Origin: Patescibacteria group bacterium | Lineage (GTDB): Bacteria > Patescibacteriota > Saccharimonadia > Saccharimonadales > JAZKJC01 | Assembly (NCBI GenBank): GCA_040384565.1 | Contig: JAZKJC010000002.1 | Coordinates: forward strand, 1,064-65,063 | Length of the DNA: 64,000 nt | Direction: 5' to 3' | Shown here: piece after piece, positions 1 to 10,118 of the stretch | How the letters are laid out: the number at the start of each line of letters is the position of its first letter | Position numbering within the stretch: position 1 is the stretch's first letter | The notes under the pieces: generated by a model | Seen by the model: the letters and a program-made list of their open reading frames with translations, nothing else | The model's database searches: none | Told to the model about the DNA's origin: nothing | Translations under genes and position numbers: made by a program

Positions 1-46
1 TACCATTTGCGTACTACATCAGTTGGTTTGGCGCTAAAAGTCTTCA

Positions 47-505
47 TTATTCTACCACTTTCTTAGCAGCGACTGCTTTTGTTGCAGTTTTGCTGTCAGC
101 TGTCAGCTGTTTACTGTTAGCTGGTTTTGAAACAGGAGCTTCCTTAAGATCATCCACGAAGCTAACGCGCGCCATCTGGGCATTATCACCGCGCCGCAGA
201 ATTGTGCGCTCAATTCTTAAGTGACCACTGTTTCTGGCTGTTAATTTAGGAGCAATTTCATCAACAAGCTTATGAGCCACGCCAACTGTTTGCAACTGGC
301 TTACAATTTGTCTACGGTTATGCAGATCACCTTTCTTTGCCTTGGTAATAAGCTTTTCCAGGTAAGGCACAATCTCCTTGGCCTTAGGCAGGGTTGTCTC
401 GATTGATTCGTACTTAATCAGTGACTCTGCAAGTCCTTGCATCAAGGCTTCGCGTTGATCACGCTCGCGATTGAATTTACGACCTTGGTAGCCGTGCCTA
501 TGCAT
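47..505 (-). CDS. rplQ: 50S ribosomal protein L17
   Basis: ORF track 47..520. MHRHGYQGRKFNR matches the L17 N-terminus. The ATG at 505 is preceded by GCCGGAGG; the track start at 520 is a TTG inside that SD. Lys/Ala-rich C-terminal tail. Confidence 0.93.
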   Translation of the reverse strand: MHRHGYQGRKFNRERDQREALMQGLAESLIKYESIETTLPKAKEIVPYLEKLITKAKKGDLHNRRQIVSQLQTVGVAHKLVDEIAPKLTARNSGHLRIERTILRRGDNAQMARVSFVDDLKEAPVSKPANSKQLTADSKTATKAVAAKKVVE

Positions 506-602
<97 letters not shown>

Positions 603-1544
603 TTAGATTTCCAGCTCCGCCATTTTTTCTTTGACTTCGTCTAGAGCTTTGCTGCCAAAGCCCTTAAGTTCGCGTAACTCTCCGTCACTTAGTGCAAATA
701 AGTCCTTTAGAGTGTGAATGTCGTTATTAATAAGTGCGTTAGTTGTACGAGCTGACAAGTTCAGGTCTTCAATAGGAGTCATTAGCTCGGCAGGCTCATC
801 GTTTTCCTTAATATCACCGGCTTCCCCGGACATTGATAGTGGAGCCGAGGCTTCAATACGAGTTTGACCTGCTAATGCAGTGTACTGGTTTACTAATATA
901 GCTGCTGCCTCTTCAAACGCATCTCTAGGCGTGATTGAACCATCTGTGTCGACGCTGATTAAAAGTTTATCCAGGTCCGTCATTTGTCCAACACGGGTGT
1001 TTTCTACCTTGTAACGTACACGCAGAACAGGGCTATAAATAGCATCCAAGGCAACGTGATCGCTTGGTTTTTTAGCAGTACCTTCGTCAATAGTACGGTA
1101 GCCACGGCCTGTTTCTACTACTAAATCGGCGACAAATTTTGCCTTGTCATCATCAATTGTGGCAATAACATGGCTTGGGTTAACTATTTCTACGTCAGCA
1201 TTTGTCTCAATATCTCCTGCTGTTACTACGCCTTTGCCTTGCTTGGATATACGTAATGTCTGTACTTCATCACCAAAAACGCGGAATCGTACTGATTTAA
1301 GATTCATCATAATGTCAACGGCGTCTTCTTTGACGCCCTTTACGGTGGTAAATTCATGAGTAACGCCCTCAATTTTGAAAGAGGTAATAGCCGCGCCAGA
1401 AATAGACGAAAGTAATACCCTCCGCAAGGAGTTACCCAGTGTCATACCATAACCTGAGTGCAATGGCTCAATAGTGAATGTAGCACTGGTGGCACCTTGA
1501 TCGTCGACTCTTACGACTCCTGGTGTGTGAATAATCTTTGACAT
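603..1544 (-). CDS. rpoA: DNA-directed RNA polymerase subunit alpha
   Basis: 313 aa. N-terminal and C-terminal domain pattern (..LRRVLLSS.., C-terminal ..LSARTTNAL..). GGAGG SD upstream. Position between rpsD and rplQ. Confidence 0.95.
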   Translation of the reverse strand: MSKIIHTPGVVRVDDQGATSATFTIEPLHSGYGMTLGNSLRRVLLSSISGAAITSFKIEGVTHEFTTVKGVKEDAVDIMMNLKSVRFRVFGDEVQTLRISKQGKGVVTAGDIETNADVEIVNPSHVIATIDDDKAKFVADLVVETGRGYRTIDEGTAKKPSDHVALDAIYSPVLRVRYKVENTRVGQMTDLDKLLISVDTDGSITPRDAFEEAAAILVNQYTALAGQTRIEASAPLSMSGEAGDIKENDEPAELMTPIEDLNLSARTTNALINNDIHTLKDLFALSDGELRELKGFGSKALDEVKEKMAELEI

Positions 1545-1565
1545 ATATGTTTCGCCTCCTTCAGC

Positions 1566-2186
1566 TTAGCGTGAGTAGTACTCTACTATTAATTGTTCGT
1601 TGATATCGGGTTCTGCTTCTTCGCGAGTAGGCAAGCCAGTAATTGTAACTACCAGCTTCTTTCTGTCCGCTTTCAACCAAGCCGGTAGGCTGGTTGGAGC
1701 CGGACTAATGTCATCCAATCGTTTGAAGTACTCACTCTGTTTGCTATGATCACGAACCACCAGTTCGTCTCCTGCAGATAATCTCATTGATGGTATATCA
1801 ACCCGTCTTCCATTAAGCATAAAATGACCATGGGTAACTAGCTGGCGAGCCGCGCGGCGCGATGGTGCTAAACCTGCCCTGTAAACCGCATTATCGGCAC
1901 GCTGTTCTAGTAGTTGCAGTAACATTTCACCAGATTGGCCGTCTCTTCTGGAAGCCTCTTTCATAAGATTACTAAACTGGCGTTCAAGTAGGCCATAGAG
2001 ACGTTTGACTTTCTGCTTCTCACGCAACTGCAAAGAGTATTGGCTGGCTTTAGCTCTATAGCCACGGCCGGTGTTTTGCTGGCCAGGTGTCGCTGTGCGC
2101 TTAACTAATGCCTTGTGGGCTTTAGGATGGAGAGCATAGCCCTCGCGGCGGCTCATTTTAACAATTGATTGCGTGTCTCGGGCCAT
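1566..2186 (-). CDS. rpsD: 30S ribosomal protein S4
   Basis: MARDTQSIVKMSRREG.. is the typical S4 N-terminus. Operon context. Confidence 0.95.
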   Translation of the reverse strand: MARDTQSIVKMSRREGYALHPKAHKALVKRTATPGQQNTGRGYRAKASQYSLQLREKQKVKRLYGLLERQFSNLMKEASRRDGQSGEMLLQLLEQRADNAVYRAGLAPSRRAARQLVTHGHFMLNGRRVDIPSMRLSAGDELVVRDHSKQSEYFKRLDDISPAPTSLPAWLKADRKKLVVTITGLPTREEAEPDINEQLIVEYYSR

Positions 2187-2328
2187 TATGCGCTCCCTCC
2201 GGTCGCTTCAATTATCAATTTACAATTTTCAATTTTCAATGATGGAACATGCTTCGCATGTGTATTATCGAAGAGAAAAGATATTAATGATACTTGTTCA
2301 ATGTTAGCTGTTATGTAAGGCATAGCGA
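2187..2328. repeat. Intercistronic spacer (rpsK|rpsD) with CAATTTT-type heptamers, hairpin ACATGC-TTC-GCATGT (2247-2261) and a conserved leader box
   Basis: Shares about 60 nt (GCGCTCCCTCCGGTCGCTTCAAT..CAATTT..TTCAATG) with spacers 3249-3401 and 14344-14470. GTCGCT/AGCGAC ends could close the spacer. Confidence 0.75.
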
Positions 2329-2811
2329 CTAGACCCTTCTGGCTTTCCGTGGACGCACTCCACCGTGAGCCACACCAGTTACATCCCGAATGCTATCAAC
2401 ACGTATATCCAAGTTCTGTAGGCTCCTGATGGCGGCTTCACGGCCGAGACCTATGCCTTTGACGTAAACGTCCACTTTGCTAAGTCCAAAAGATTGTTTA
2501 ACAAGCTGGCCGGCTTTTTCTGCAGCGACTTGGGCAGCATACGCAGTGCCTTTTTTTGAACCACGGAACCCGCAGGCACCCGCGCTACTCGCTGCTAGAA
2601 CTCCTCCACTGGTGTCAGTGAATGTAACGATGGTATTATTGAATGTTGCTAGAACATGCAAATGTCCAGCTGACACCGAACGCTTGATCTTTTTCTTTTT
2701 GGTAGGCTTAGCAGAAGTCGTTTCATCTGTTTGAACCGCTGTCGATTCTTGAGTGAGCTCTGCAGCTGGTTCCTTGATTTCTTCAGGTGTATTAGGATTG
2801 TCATCAGCCAT
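2329..2811 (-). CDS. rpsK: 30S ribosomal protein S11 with N-terminal low-complexity extension
   Basis: S11 core (..GHLHVLATFNNTIVTFTD..). The ATG at 2811 (MADDNP) has a GGAGAGGAG SD; the track start at 2829 lies inside that SD. Confidence 0.92.
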   Translation of the reverse strand: MADDNPNTPEEIKEPAAELTQESTAVQTDETTSAKPTKKKKIKRSVSAGHLHVLATFNNTIVTFTDTSGGVLAASSAGACGFRGSKKGTAYAAQVAAEKAGQLVKQSFGLSKVDVYVKGIGLGREAAIRSLQNLDIRVDSIRDVTGVAHGGVRPRKARRV

Positions 2812-2861
2812 GTTATTGCTCCTCTCCATAATGAATTTGGTCGTTTATAATCTGCATAATG

Positions 2862-3248
2862 TTACGTCTTTGAAGCCGATTTAGGTTGAGCTCCACCAAT
2901 AGCAGTCCTTTTGCCTCGTCTAGTCCTGGCATTTGTGCGGGTTCGTTGGCCCTTAGAAGGTAAGCCAATTTTATGTCGGATCCCACGGTAGCTATTGATA
3001 TCTTTAAGACGCTTTATGTTGGTAGAAACAACGCGCTGCAACTCACCTTCTACCATGTAATGCTCATTGATAACGTCTTGGATGCGTGAAATTTCGGAAT
3101 CAGTCAGGTTCTTAACTCTGGTTGTGACCTCTACGTTGGCCGACTTTAACACTTCGCCGCTAACTTTTGGTCCAATGCCATAGACATAGGTAAGAGCAAT
3201 TTGCACTTGTTTGGCGTCAGGAATGGTAACTCCGGAAATTCTCGCCAT
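2862..3248 (-). CDS. rpsM: 30S ribosomal protein S13
   Basis: MARISGVTIP.. is the S13 N-terminus. SD is CCGGAGGGAG. Confidence 0.95.
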   Translation of the reverse strand: MARISGVTIPDAKQVQIALTYVYGIGPKVSGEVLKSANVEVTTRVKNLTDSEISRIQDVINEHYMVEGELQRVVSTNIKRLKDINSYRGIRHKIGLPSKGQRTRTNARTRRGKRTAIGGAQPKSASKT

Positions 3249-3401
3249 TACGCTCTCCCTCCGGTCACTTCAATTTTCAGTTCACAATTTTCAGTTTTCA
3301 ATGATGGAAAGTGCGCTGCACTTGTTTTTTCATTGGAAATTGGAAACTGATAATTGATTGTAAATTGGTAATTGGTAAATGGTAAATTGAGCATAGCGAC
3401 G
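3249..3401. repeat. Heptamer-repeat spacer (rpmJ|rpsM): CAATTTT/CAGTTTT units, GTGC-GCT-GCAC hairpin, then GGAAATT/GGAAACT/GGTAATT/GGTAAAT units
   Basis: The right arm GGAAACTGATAATTG is 13/15 complementary to the left arm CAATTTTCAGTTTTC. Confidence 0.8.
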
Positions 3402-3518
3402 TTAACCTTGCCTTTGCTTATGCTTAGGTTTAAGTTTGTTGATAACATAAATACGCCCTTTGCGGCGTACGATAATATCGTCAGGACTAATCTTTTTAAC
3501 ACTTGCACGCACTTTCAT
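3402..3518 (-). CDS. rpmJ: 50S ribosomal protein L36
   Basis: Not in the ORF track. Hand translation gives [38 protein letters not shown], canonical L36, between infA and rpsM. Confidence 0.9.
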   Translation of the reverse strand: MKVRASVKKISPDDIIVRRKGRIYVINKLKPKHKQRQG

Positions 3519-3567
3519 GCGGATCATTCCCCTTTATATAAGTGTGAATGACACACTGCTTAATTTA

Positions 3568-3786
3568 TTATGTTTTGCGGTACGTTATCCGACCCTTCGT
3601 AAGATCGTAAGGGGTCAATTCTACCGTAACGCTGTCCCCCGGCACAAGGCGAATGTAGTGTTTCCGCATCTTGCCGGCGACATGAGCTATAATCTTATGG
3701 CCGTTCTCGAGTTCAACACGGAACTGAGTACCTGGTAAGGCCTCTACTACTGTTCCTGCTAGTTCGATAACCTCTTTATTCGCCAT
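3568..3786 (-). CDS. infA: Translation initiation factor IF-1
   Basis: [30 protein letters not shown].. S1-like IF-1. The ATG at 3786 is chosen over the longer track ORF. Confidence 0.93.
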   Translation of the reverse strand: MANKEVIELAGTVVEALPGTQFRVELENGHKIIAHVAGKMRKHYIRLVPGDSVTVELTPYDLTKGRITYRKT

Positions 3787-3854
3787 AGATGTATAACAAG
3801 GCTCAAGTATATCAGACCTGTCAAGACTTTGCAAAGAAGTTTTTCAGATTGATT

Positions 3855-5354
3855 TTATTGTTGTTTATTTCGCTTTCGTCTTGGCAGGAAACGGAGACGT
3901 CTTGCACCTGTAGCTGCTTCTGCAGCTGACTGTTGATCGTAGAAGAAGTCCGGCTGTTCATACTGATCATAGGTGACCATAAGTGCCCGCGATTCGATAG
4001 CTCGCAGTGTCTCAAGCGCCACTGACACCAAGATAAGGATACTCGTTCCACCGATTGCAATATTGGTTGATAAAAATCTCTGGCCAATAATTGGCAGAAG
4101 TGCTAAGAAGCCCAGACTTATAGCTCCAAACAGCGTTAGCCGATTCACAATTTTACTGAGGTATTTTTCTGTTTGGACACCTGATCTGACATCTGCTATA
4201 AAGCCACCTTGCTTCTGTAAATTCTCGGCTATTTCCTTGGCATTGAACGTAATGCTTGTATAGAAGAATGTAAACACAAAAACAAGAAAGAAATAAACAG
4301 CTGGGTAAATGTAGGGTATTAAACCAGGTGTCTGGAATGTTTCCTGGCTGGGTGTCGCAAACCATAGCACCAATTTGTCACCAATAGCTTGCAAGTTTGC
4401 GCTGCTAGCAGTGGTCATTAATTGACCGGCAAAGCTTGGAACACTCAAAAATGCTACCGCAAATATAATCGGTATCACACCGGCAGTAATAAGCTTTATA
4501 GGTAGTGTCGTGGTAACGCCGCCATAAGCTCTGTTACCCTGAACGCGCTTAGCATAATTGATAGTTATTTGTCTGGCTGCTTCGTTTAATTTGACTATAA
4601 ACACAGTCACAGCCACGACAATGGCAAGCATAAGCGCGCCAAATATTAGCCCTTTCCCATTGATAGGTAAGGTTTTCCCAAACACAACAAACTTGCTACT
4701 TTGATCAATAATTGAAGTAAGGATAGAATTTACGGTGCTAGGCAAGCTGCTTATAATACCCACGGTAATAATCAGCGAAATACCATTTCCCACGCTTTGC
4801 TCCGTCATAAGCTCGCCCAGCCACATTAGTATCATAGCACCACCCGTTAGAGCACCGACCATAAGCACCCACTGCATAATACCCGCACCCGCCGTAATAT
4901 CCCCAATTCCGCCAATTTGCTGAGCTTGAGTGCGGACCAAGTAAATTGCTCCAATAGACTGGATAATCGCCAACGGGAAAGTTAGCATACGGGTATACTG
5001 ATTGATTTTTTTCCGGCCATACTCGCCCTCTTTATTAAGGTTTTCAAGCCTTGGGATGGCTTTAGTTAGAAGCTGCACAATAATAGAAGCATTAATATAT
5101 GGTCCAAGCCCAACCAACATTATTGAAAAGTTGGCTAACGCTCCACCGGAGAGAACATCTAAAAAGCTAAGTAATTGAGGCGTGTCACTACTGGTAAATA
5201 GGTTTTGTAAGACTTGCTTTAGAGTTTCGGGATTACTCAATGGAATTGGAATATGAGCCAATACACGGAAAACAAGCAGCATGCCCAGCACCGCCAAAAT
5301 ACGCTTGCGCATATCGCTACTTTTTAGTGATGTCCATATAACTTTCCAGCTCAT
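3855..5354 (-). CDS. secY: Preprotein translocase subunit SecY (C-terminal extension)
   Basis: 499 aa, polytopic. Position after rplO. No adk or map follows. Confidence 0.94.
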   Translation of the reverse strand: MSWKVIWTSLKSSDMRKRILAVLGMLLVFRVLAHIPIPLSNPETLKQVLQNLFTSSDTPQLLSFLDVLSGGALANFSIMLVGLGPYINASIIVQLLTKAIPRLENLNKEGEYGRKKINQYTRMLTFPLAIIQSIGAIYLVRTQAQQIGGIGDITAGAGIMQWVLMVGALTGGAMILMWLGELMTEQSVGNGISLIITVGIISSLPSTVNSILTSIIDQSSKFVVFGKTLPINGKGLIFGALMLAIVVAVTVFIVKLNEAARQITINYAKRVQGNRAYGGVTTTLPIKLITAGVIPIIFAVAFLSVPSFAGQLMTTASSANLQAIGDKLVLWFATPSQETFQTPGLIPYIYPAVYFFLVFVFTFFYTSITFNAKEIAENLQKQGGFIADVRSGVQTEKYLSKIVNRLTLFGAISLGFLALLPIIGQRFLSTNIAIGGTSILILVSVALETLRAIESRALMVTYDQYEQPDFFYDQQSAAEAATGARRLRFLPRRKRNKQQ

Positions 5355-5440
5355 TTACTCACCAAACCTTTATGTGTCATGATTTACTTATGTGCAGTAT
5401 ATCGTATTTAGTTATTGCGACCAAAACTTTGAATTTCAGT

Positions 5441-5908
5441 CTATTTTTTTGGTTTATCCTGCTTCTGACGTTTGACTTGGGGTGTTACGTCAAAGCTTCC
5501 GCCTTGCTTCTGTATGGCGGCTATTGCAGTTACGCTAGCTGCTTGTAGCTTTACAGTTACTTTCTTTGTAACTTCACCTTTTGTTATCAATTTTACTTGT
5601 ACATAGGGGCTGGAGATAAGTCCTGCCGAGGCAAGTGTAAAATTGTCAACCGTGCCACTGAATTGGCCCAATTGTCCGGTATATAAGGCTTCCATTTTTA
5701 CTCGTATACTCCGGAAACCACGCAGCTTTGGTAGGCGCTGCATCAAAGGGTTTTGGCCACCCTCAAATCCAGGACGACGCCCATTGCCAGTACGTGAGTT
5801 TTGGCCTTTGGTACCGCGGCCTGCGGTTTTACCACGGCCTGCCGAAATACCGCGGCCTACTCGCCGTGCTTTTTCATTTGCGGTAACATTTAATTCATGA
5901 AATTTCAT
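5441..5908 (-). CDS. rplO: 50S ribosomal protein L15
   Basis: ..[19 protein letters not shown].. Gly/Arg-rich L15 motif. Confidence 0.94.
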   Translation of the reverse strand: MKFHELNVTANEKARRVGRGISAGRGKTAGRGTKGQNSRTGNGRRPGFEGGQNPLMQRLPKLRGFRSIRVKMEALYTGQLGQFSGTVDNFTLASAGLISSPYVQVKLITKGEVTKKVTVKLQAASVTAIAAIQKQGGSFDVTPQVKRQKQDKPKK

Positions 5909-6501
5909 GTTTTTACCTCAACCAGCTTTGCTGCCTTAGATTCAACTTTAGGGCTGCTAGTGACCTTGGTCTTTTTAGGATTATTTTTCTTGGTGAGCCA
6001 TTTATCAGGGTGTTCAACAGCTTCCAGTGCTGCCAATGTCGCATAAGCCGTGTTGATTTTATTGGTTGATCCTAAAGATTTTGAAAGTATATTTGTTATA
6101 CCCGCTACCTCAACTACTGTACGAACAACACCACCGGCTATCAATCCCGTACCAGGGGCTGCAGGCTTAATCAAAATCCTAGAGCCACCAATCTTAACTT
6201 CAGAATCGTGAGGAATTGTTCCATTTACAATAGAAATAGTCACGAAGTGTTTCTTTGCGACCTCGACCGCTTTTGTTACCGCGGTTGTAACATCAGCACC
6301 CTTGGATATACCAATACCAACTTTGCCTTTATGATCACCTACTACTACTAGTGCCCGAAAACGGAATCTTCGTCCACCCTTAACTACTCTTGCGACACGG
6401 TCAATATGTACGACACGCTCATCAAACTGCTTTTCCTCAGCCGGTCCGTTGCGATCATTCCTGTTAGGGCGGTTGCTTCTATCTTGTCCAAATTCAGCCA
6501 T
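5905..6501 (-). CDS. rpsE: 30S ribosomal protein S5
   Basis: ..[18 protein letters not shown].. S5 motif. 4-nt overlap with rplO. No L30 gene in between. Confidence 0.94.
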   Translation of the reverse strand: MAEFGQDRSNRPNRNDRNGPAEEKQFDERVVHIDRVARVVKGGRRFRFRALVVVGDHKGKVGIGISKGADVTTAVTKAVEVAKKHFVTISIVNGTIPHDSEVKIGGSRILIKPAAPGTGLIAGGVVRTVVEVAGITNILSKSLGSTNKINTAYATLAALEAVEHPDKWLTKKNNPKKTKVTSSPKVESKAAKLVEVKT

Positions 6502-6854
6502 TAGAATTTCAATCCTCCTGCTCGGGCAGCATCTGCCAGAGCTTTAATACGTCCATGGTACAGTCGACCATTGCGATCAAACACTACTTGATTAATCTTA
6601 GCCGCTTTTGCTTTCTTGGCAATTTCTGTACCCATTATCGCAGCATTCTCTGTCATGGTGCCTTTAGCCTTGCTGCCAGCAGTCGTAACATAAGCAAGCG
6701 TTTTGCCCTTAGAATCATCAACAATCTGTGCAGTTACATGCTGATTGCTAATATAAACAGTCAGTCTAGGCCGAGTAGTGCTACCGACAATTTTGGAGCG
6801 AACTCGCTTTTTACGGAGAGTTAAGTTATGTATTTTGTGTTCTAATCGTTCCAT
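6501..6854 (-). CDS. rplR: 50S ribosomal protein L18
   Basis: [21 protein letters not shown] is the L18 pattern. Confidence 0.94.
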   Translation of the reverse strand: MERLEHKIHNLTLRKKRVRSKIVGSTTRPRLTVYISNQHVTAQIVDDSKGKTLAYVTTAGSKAKGTMTENAAIMGTEIAKKAKAAKINQVVFDRNGRLYHGRIKALADAARAGGLKF

Positions 6855-7393
6855 TATTTATCCTTACCTGACTTACCGCTCTTGCGGATAATACGTTCAC
6901 CAACATACTTTAGACCCTTACCCTTATAAGGTTCGGGCTTTTTAAGCGCCCTTATTTCTGCAGCTACTTGGCCAACCTGCTGTTTACTAATGCCGCTAAT
7001 AGTGATTATATTCTGTTCAACTGTGGCGGTAACACCGGCTGGCAAGGGGTGATTAATGTCGTGTGAAAAACCAAGATTAAGTTTTAAGCCTTGTCCGGCT
7101 AAAGCTACACGGTAACCCACACCATTCAGTTCAAGTTGTTTGCTAAAGCCCGTCGATACGCCTATTACCATGTTATTTACTAACGCCCTCATCAAACCAT
7201 GTTTTGCCCGGTTAGGCGCCTCGTCATTATCACGCAAAACTAGGATTTGGCTGTCTTGCTGTTTAACCTGCACCCCAGGCATCGTAAATTGTGTTAACGT
7301 TCCCTTAGTTCCACTCACAGTAATAGTATCCGGGTCGACAGTGATTGTCACGCCAGACGGAATGTCTATTGGCAGTTTTCCTATGCGACTCAT
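6854..7393 (-). CDS. rplF: 50S ribosomal protein L6
   Basis: MSRIGKLPIDIPSGVTI.. is the L6 N-terminus. Confidence 0.95.
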   Translation of the reverse strand: MSRIGKLPIDIPSGVTITVDPDTITVSGTKGTLTQFTMPGVQVKQQDSQILVLRDNDEAPNRAKHGLMRALVNNMVIGVSTGFSKQLELNGVGYRVALAGQGLKLNLGFSHDINHPLPAGVTATVEQNIITISGISKQQVGQVAAEIRALKKPEPYKGKGLKYVGERIIRKSGKSGKDK

Positions 7394-7426
7394 TTCATTA
7401 TTCCTTTATATACTCGTATTAGTCCG

Positions 7427-7828
7427 TTAATAAACTTTACAAATTAATTCACCGCCAACGGCTTGCTTCTTGGCTTCAAAACCGGTCATGATTCCCTTGC
7501 TTGTACTGACAATTACAATACCCCGTCCTTGTTTGACTTTTGGCATTTTGTCGGCAGATGTATACAGTCTTCGCCCAGGCTTGCTTAGTCTCTTTATCTC
7601 CGTTATACGTGGATTACTATCCTCGCTGTGAAGCTTCAGGATTAAGGACTTACCAATGCTTACGTCGCTGACCTTTACCTCATCGATATAGTGATTAGAT
7701 TGTAACAATCGTGCCACCGACTCTTTAACCTTGGAGTGCGGTAGGACAATCTCTGACTTATGTACCGCTAATGCGTTACGAATACGGGTTAGCATGTCAG
7801 CTAATGGATCGGTTGATACTAAAGACAT
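7427..7828 (-). CDS. rpsH: 30S ribosomal protein S8
   Basis: ..DPLADMLTRIRNA.. is the S8 signature. Confidence 0.95.
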   Translation of the reverse strand: MSLVSTDPLADMLTRIRNALAVHKSEIVLPHSKVKESVARLLQSNHYIDEVKVSDVSIGKSLILKLHSEDSNPRITEIKRLSKPGRRLYTSADKMPKVKQGRGIVIVSTSKGIMTGFEAKKQAVGGELICKVY

Positions 7829-7932
7829 TGTGAAACCTCCGGTTTCATGAGCAGTGATGAAGCCCCATTCATTGCTCTTTGCTCATTGCTCTTTGCTCGT
7901 TTTAGATGTGAAATGAAATGTAACATCATATA
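7829..7932. repeat. Spacer (rpsN|rpsH) with a 14-nt (2x7) CATTGCTCTTTGCT repeat and GTGAAATGAAATG
   Basis: Tandem units seen directly. 23 nt (7869-7891) are identical to 9232-9254 inside the rplX 5' end. Confidence 0.8.
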
Positions 7933-8202
7933 TTACCAGCTTGCCTTTGTTACGCCAGGTATTTCACCTTTGCTTGCATGTTCCCGGAATGATATGCGGC
8001 TTAGGCCAAACTGCCTCATAAACGCTCTAGGCCGTCCTGTTTCTAGGCAACGGTTTTTTAGCCTGGTTGGTGAAGAATTTTTAGGTAATCTATGCAAACC
8101 TTCACGATCCCCAAGTTCCTTTAGCTCAGCACGTTTAGCTGCGTACTGAATTATCATACGGCGTCTTTTTAAGTCTCTTGCGATATTTGATTTCCTAGCC
8201 AT
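7933..8202 (-). CDS. rpsN: 30S ribosomal protein S14 (long, non-zinc form)
   Basis: 89 aa, ..[20 protein letters not shown].. No CxxC pairs. Confidence 0.93.
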   Translation of the reverse strand: MARKSNIARDLKRRRMIIQYAAKRAELKELGDREGLHRLPKNSSPTRLKNRCLETGRPRAFMRQFGLSRISFREHASKGEIPGVTKASW

Positions 8203-8906
8203 TACTTACTCTCCTCTTCCGTTACCGGGCCCTTAACTTCTTCCTCACTTGTCTCTAAAATTGGTTCGTCCACAGACTTTGCTTCTTGCTTCTCTACCGG
8301 TTTTGGTTCAGCCTTATGATCAGACTTTTCAACCGGCTTAACCAAAGGTTTTTCAAATGGCATACCAAATTTTTCCAGTAACGTTTTAGCATGAGAAGCT
8401 TCTTGTGCGCGGATTACAAAAACTGCCTGTAAGCCATGGGTGGTTGTAGTTTCTTCAAACGTAAGCTCTGGGAAAACTGACTGATCGTTTATGCCAATAC
8501 TAAAGTTACCAGATTTATCAAAGGCCTTTAATTTGACTCCGTGAAAATCCCTAAGTCTTGGCAAAACAATATTTATTAATCGATCCATAAATTCATACAT
8601 CTTATCGCCACGTAAAGTAACCTTTAGACCGATCTTATTACCTTCACGTAGCTTAAAGCCGGCTATCGATGTCTTTGCGATAGTTTCTATAGGCTTTTGG
8701 CCAGTTATCTTAGTTAAAGTATTATGCGCTGTTTCAATAATTTTCTTATCGTCTTTTGCCTTGCCTAAACCCACATTGACTACAATTTTTTCAAGACGAG
8801 GGGCTTGATTGACATTTGCAAGACCAAGCTCTTTCTGAAGTTCGGCTATAAGCTTTGCACGATAAAGTTCCTTAAGCCGTGGGAATACAATATTTTGCGT
8901 ACCCAT
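8202..8906 (-). CDS. rplE: 50S ribosomal protein L5 with Lys/Glu/Pro-rich C-terminal tail
   Basis: L5 core, then about 55 aa of KPVEK-type low complexity. Confidence 0.93.
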   Translation of the reverse strand: MGTQNIVFPRLKELYRAKLIAELQKELGLANVNQAPRLEKIVVNVGLGKAKDDKKIIETAHNTLTKITGQKPIETIAKTSIAGFKLREGNKIGLKVTLRGDKMYEFMDRLINIVLPRLRDFHGVKLKAFDKSGNFSIGINDQSVFPELTFEETTTTHGLQAVFVIRAQEASHAKTLLEKFGMPFEKPLVKPVEKSDHKAEPKPVEKQEAKSVDEPILETSEEEVKGPVTEEESK

Positions 8907-9256
8907 TACTTTATCTCCTTGTTAGTGGTTTTGTAGATACGGGTTTTTGATCCGTCTTTAGCTACGTTATAACCAATTCGAGATGGTATTTTCTTGACAG
9001 GTTCGTATGCAGCTACTTTGCTAGTCCATATTGGCTTAGTCAAATCAATAATGCCGCCTTGTGGATAAGCTTTATTAGGCTTCTGGTGCTTTTTGACAAT
9101 ATTAATTCCCTCGACAGTAACCTTGTTTTCCTGGGGGTGAGTATTAAGAATCTTGCCAGTTTTGCCTTTGTACTTTCCGGAAAGTACTATCACAGTGTCG
9201 CCCTTATTCAATCGAATCTTAAAGACTTTGCTCATTGCTCTTTGCTCATTGCTCAT
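8906..9256 (-). CDS. rplX: 50S ribosomal protein L24
   Basis: ..KIRLNKGDTVIVLSGKYKGKTGKI.. KOW motif. The ATG at 9256 is preceded by CCGGAGG within the rplN 3' end. The track ORF is over-extended into rplN. Confidence 0.9.
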   Translation of the reverse strand: MSNEQRAMSKVFKIRLNKGDTVIVLSGKYKGKTGKILNTHPQENKVTVEGINIVKKHQKPNKAYPQGGIIDLTKPIWTSKVAAYEPVKKIPSRIGYNVAKDGSKTRIYKTTNKEIK

Positions 9257-9257
9257 A

Positions 9258-9626
9258 TCAGAGTACCTCCGGTGCAAGGCTGATGATCTTGGCGTAACCT
9301 TGATCGCGTAATTCTCTGGGAACAGGCCCGAAAATACGTGTTGCCTTAGGCAATTTATCTTCACCAACAATTACCGCCGCGTTATCATCAAAGCGAATTA
9401 TTGAGCCATCTTTACGCTTAATAGCATCACGGGTGCGGACAATAACTGCACGAACAACTGACTTGCGTTTGACCGCGCCACTTGGGTTTGCGGTTTTAAC
9501 GGTTGCAACTATAACATCACCAACTCTTGCATAGCGACGCCGTGTTCCACCAAGCACACGTATACAGAGGATTTCCTTAGCTCCACTGTTGTCACATACT
9601 AGTAATCGGGATTCTTGCTGAATCAT
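9258..9626 (-). CDS. rplN: 50S ribosomal protein L14
   Basis: [17 protein letters not shown].. is canonical L14. Confidence 0.96.
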   Translation of the reverse strand: MIQQESRLLVCDNSGAKEILCIRVLGGTRRRYARVGDVIVATVKTANPSGAVKRKSVVRAVIVRTRDAIKRKDGSIIRFDDNAAVIVGEDKLPKATRIFGPVPRELRDQGYAKIISLAPEVL

Positions 9627-9961
9627 TTAGGCTCTCCCGTGGTTTCTTTTTCAGCTAAAGCTTCTACTTTTTTCTTGGTAGCAAGGGTTTTTTCTGTCAC
9701 GACAGCTTCTTCGTGCCGGATAACAGCCTGGTTTAAGACCTTAGTGAGCGTGTAGTGCTTGTGCTTGGATATTGGACGCGTTTCACTTATTAACACCTTA
9801 TCGCCAAGTTTGGCTTCGTTCTTTTCGTCATGAGCCATAACTTTTTTGCTTACTGTGTATTGCTTTTTATACAAAGGATGAGTTTTGCGTGAGCGGGCAG
9901 TAACAACAATTGTCTTGTCGCTCTTATTGGATGATACGATTCCCGTTACAGTTTTAGCCAT
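9623..9961 (-). CDS. rpsQ: 30S ribosomal protein S17
   Basis: [20 protein letters not shown].. The ATG at 9961 has a CCGGAGGG SD. Confidence 0.93.
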   Translation of the reverse strand: MAKTVTGIVSSNKSDKTIVVTARSRKTHPLYKKQYTVSKKVMAHDEKNEAKLGDKVLISETRPISKHKHYTLTKVLNQAVIRHEEAVVTEKTLATKKKVEALAEKETTGEPK

Positions 9962-10118
9962 CAGACATTCCCTCCGGTCATATTTTCCATTTTCCATTTA
10001 TCATTTATCATTAATTTGTCAGTTAACATTTCACAGACGAAGCCATCACATGCAGATTGTCTGGCAAATGAGAATTGAGAATTAATTGGTAAATGAGAAT
10101 TGGTAAATGAGAAATTGG
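9962..10118. repeat. Heptamer-repeat spacer (rpmC|rpsQ): ATTTTCC x2, ATTTATC x2, central CAGAC..GTCTG hairpin, GAGAATT x2, GGTAAATGAGAATT x2
   Basis: Seen directly. The arms are partly complementary (for example UCUCAUUUA pairs with UAAAUGAUA at 8/9). Confidence 0.8.

Noticed and set aside
3248-3508. 86-aa minus-strand ORF from the track
   Set aside because: It is translated from the heptamer-repeat spacer and overlaps the real rpmJ gene (3402..3518) out of frame. It has no SD and a low-complexity product.
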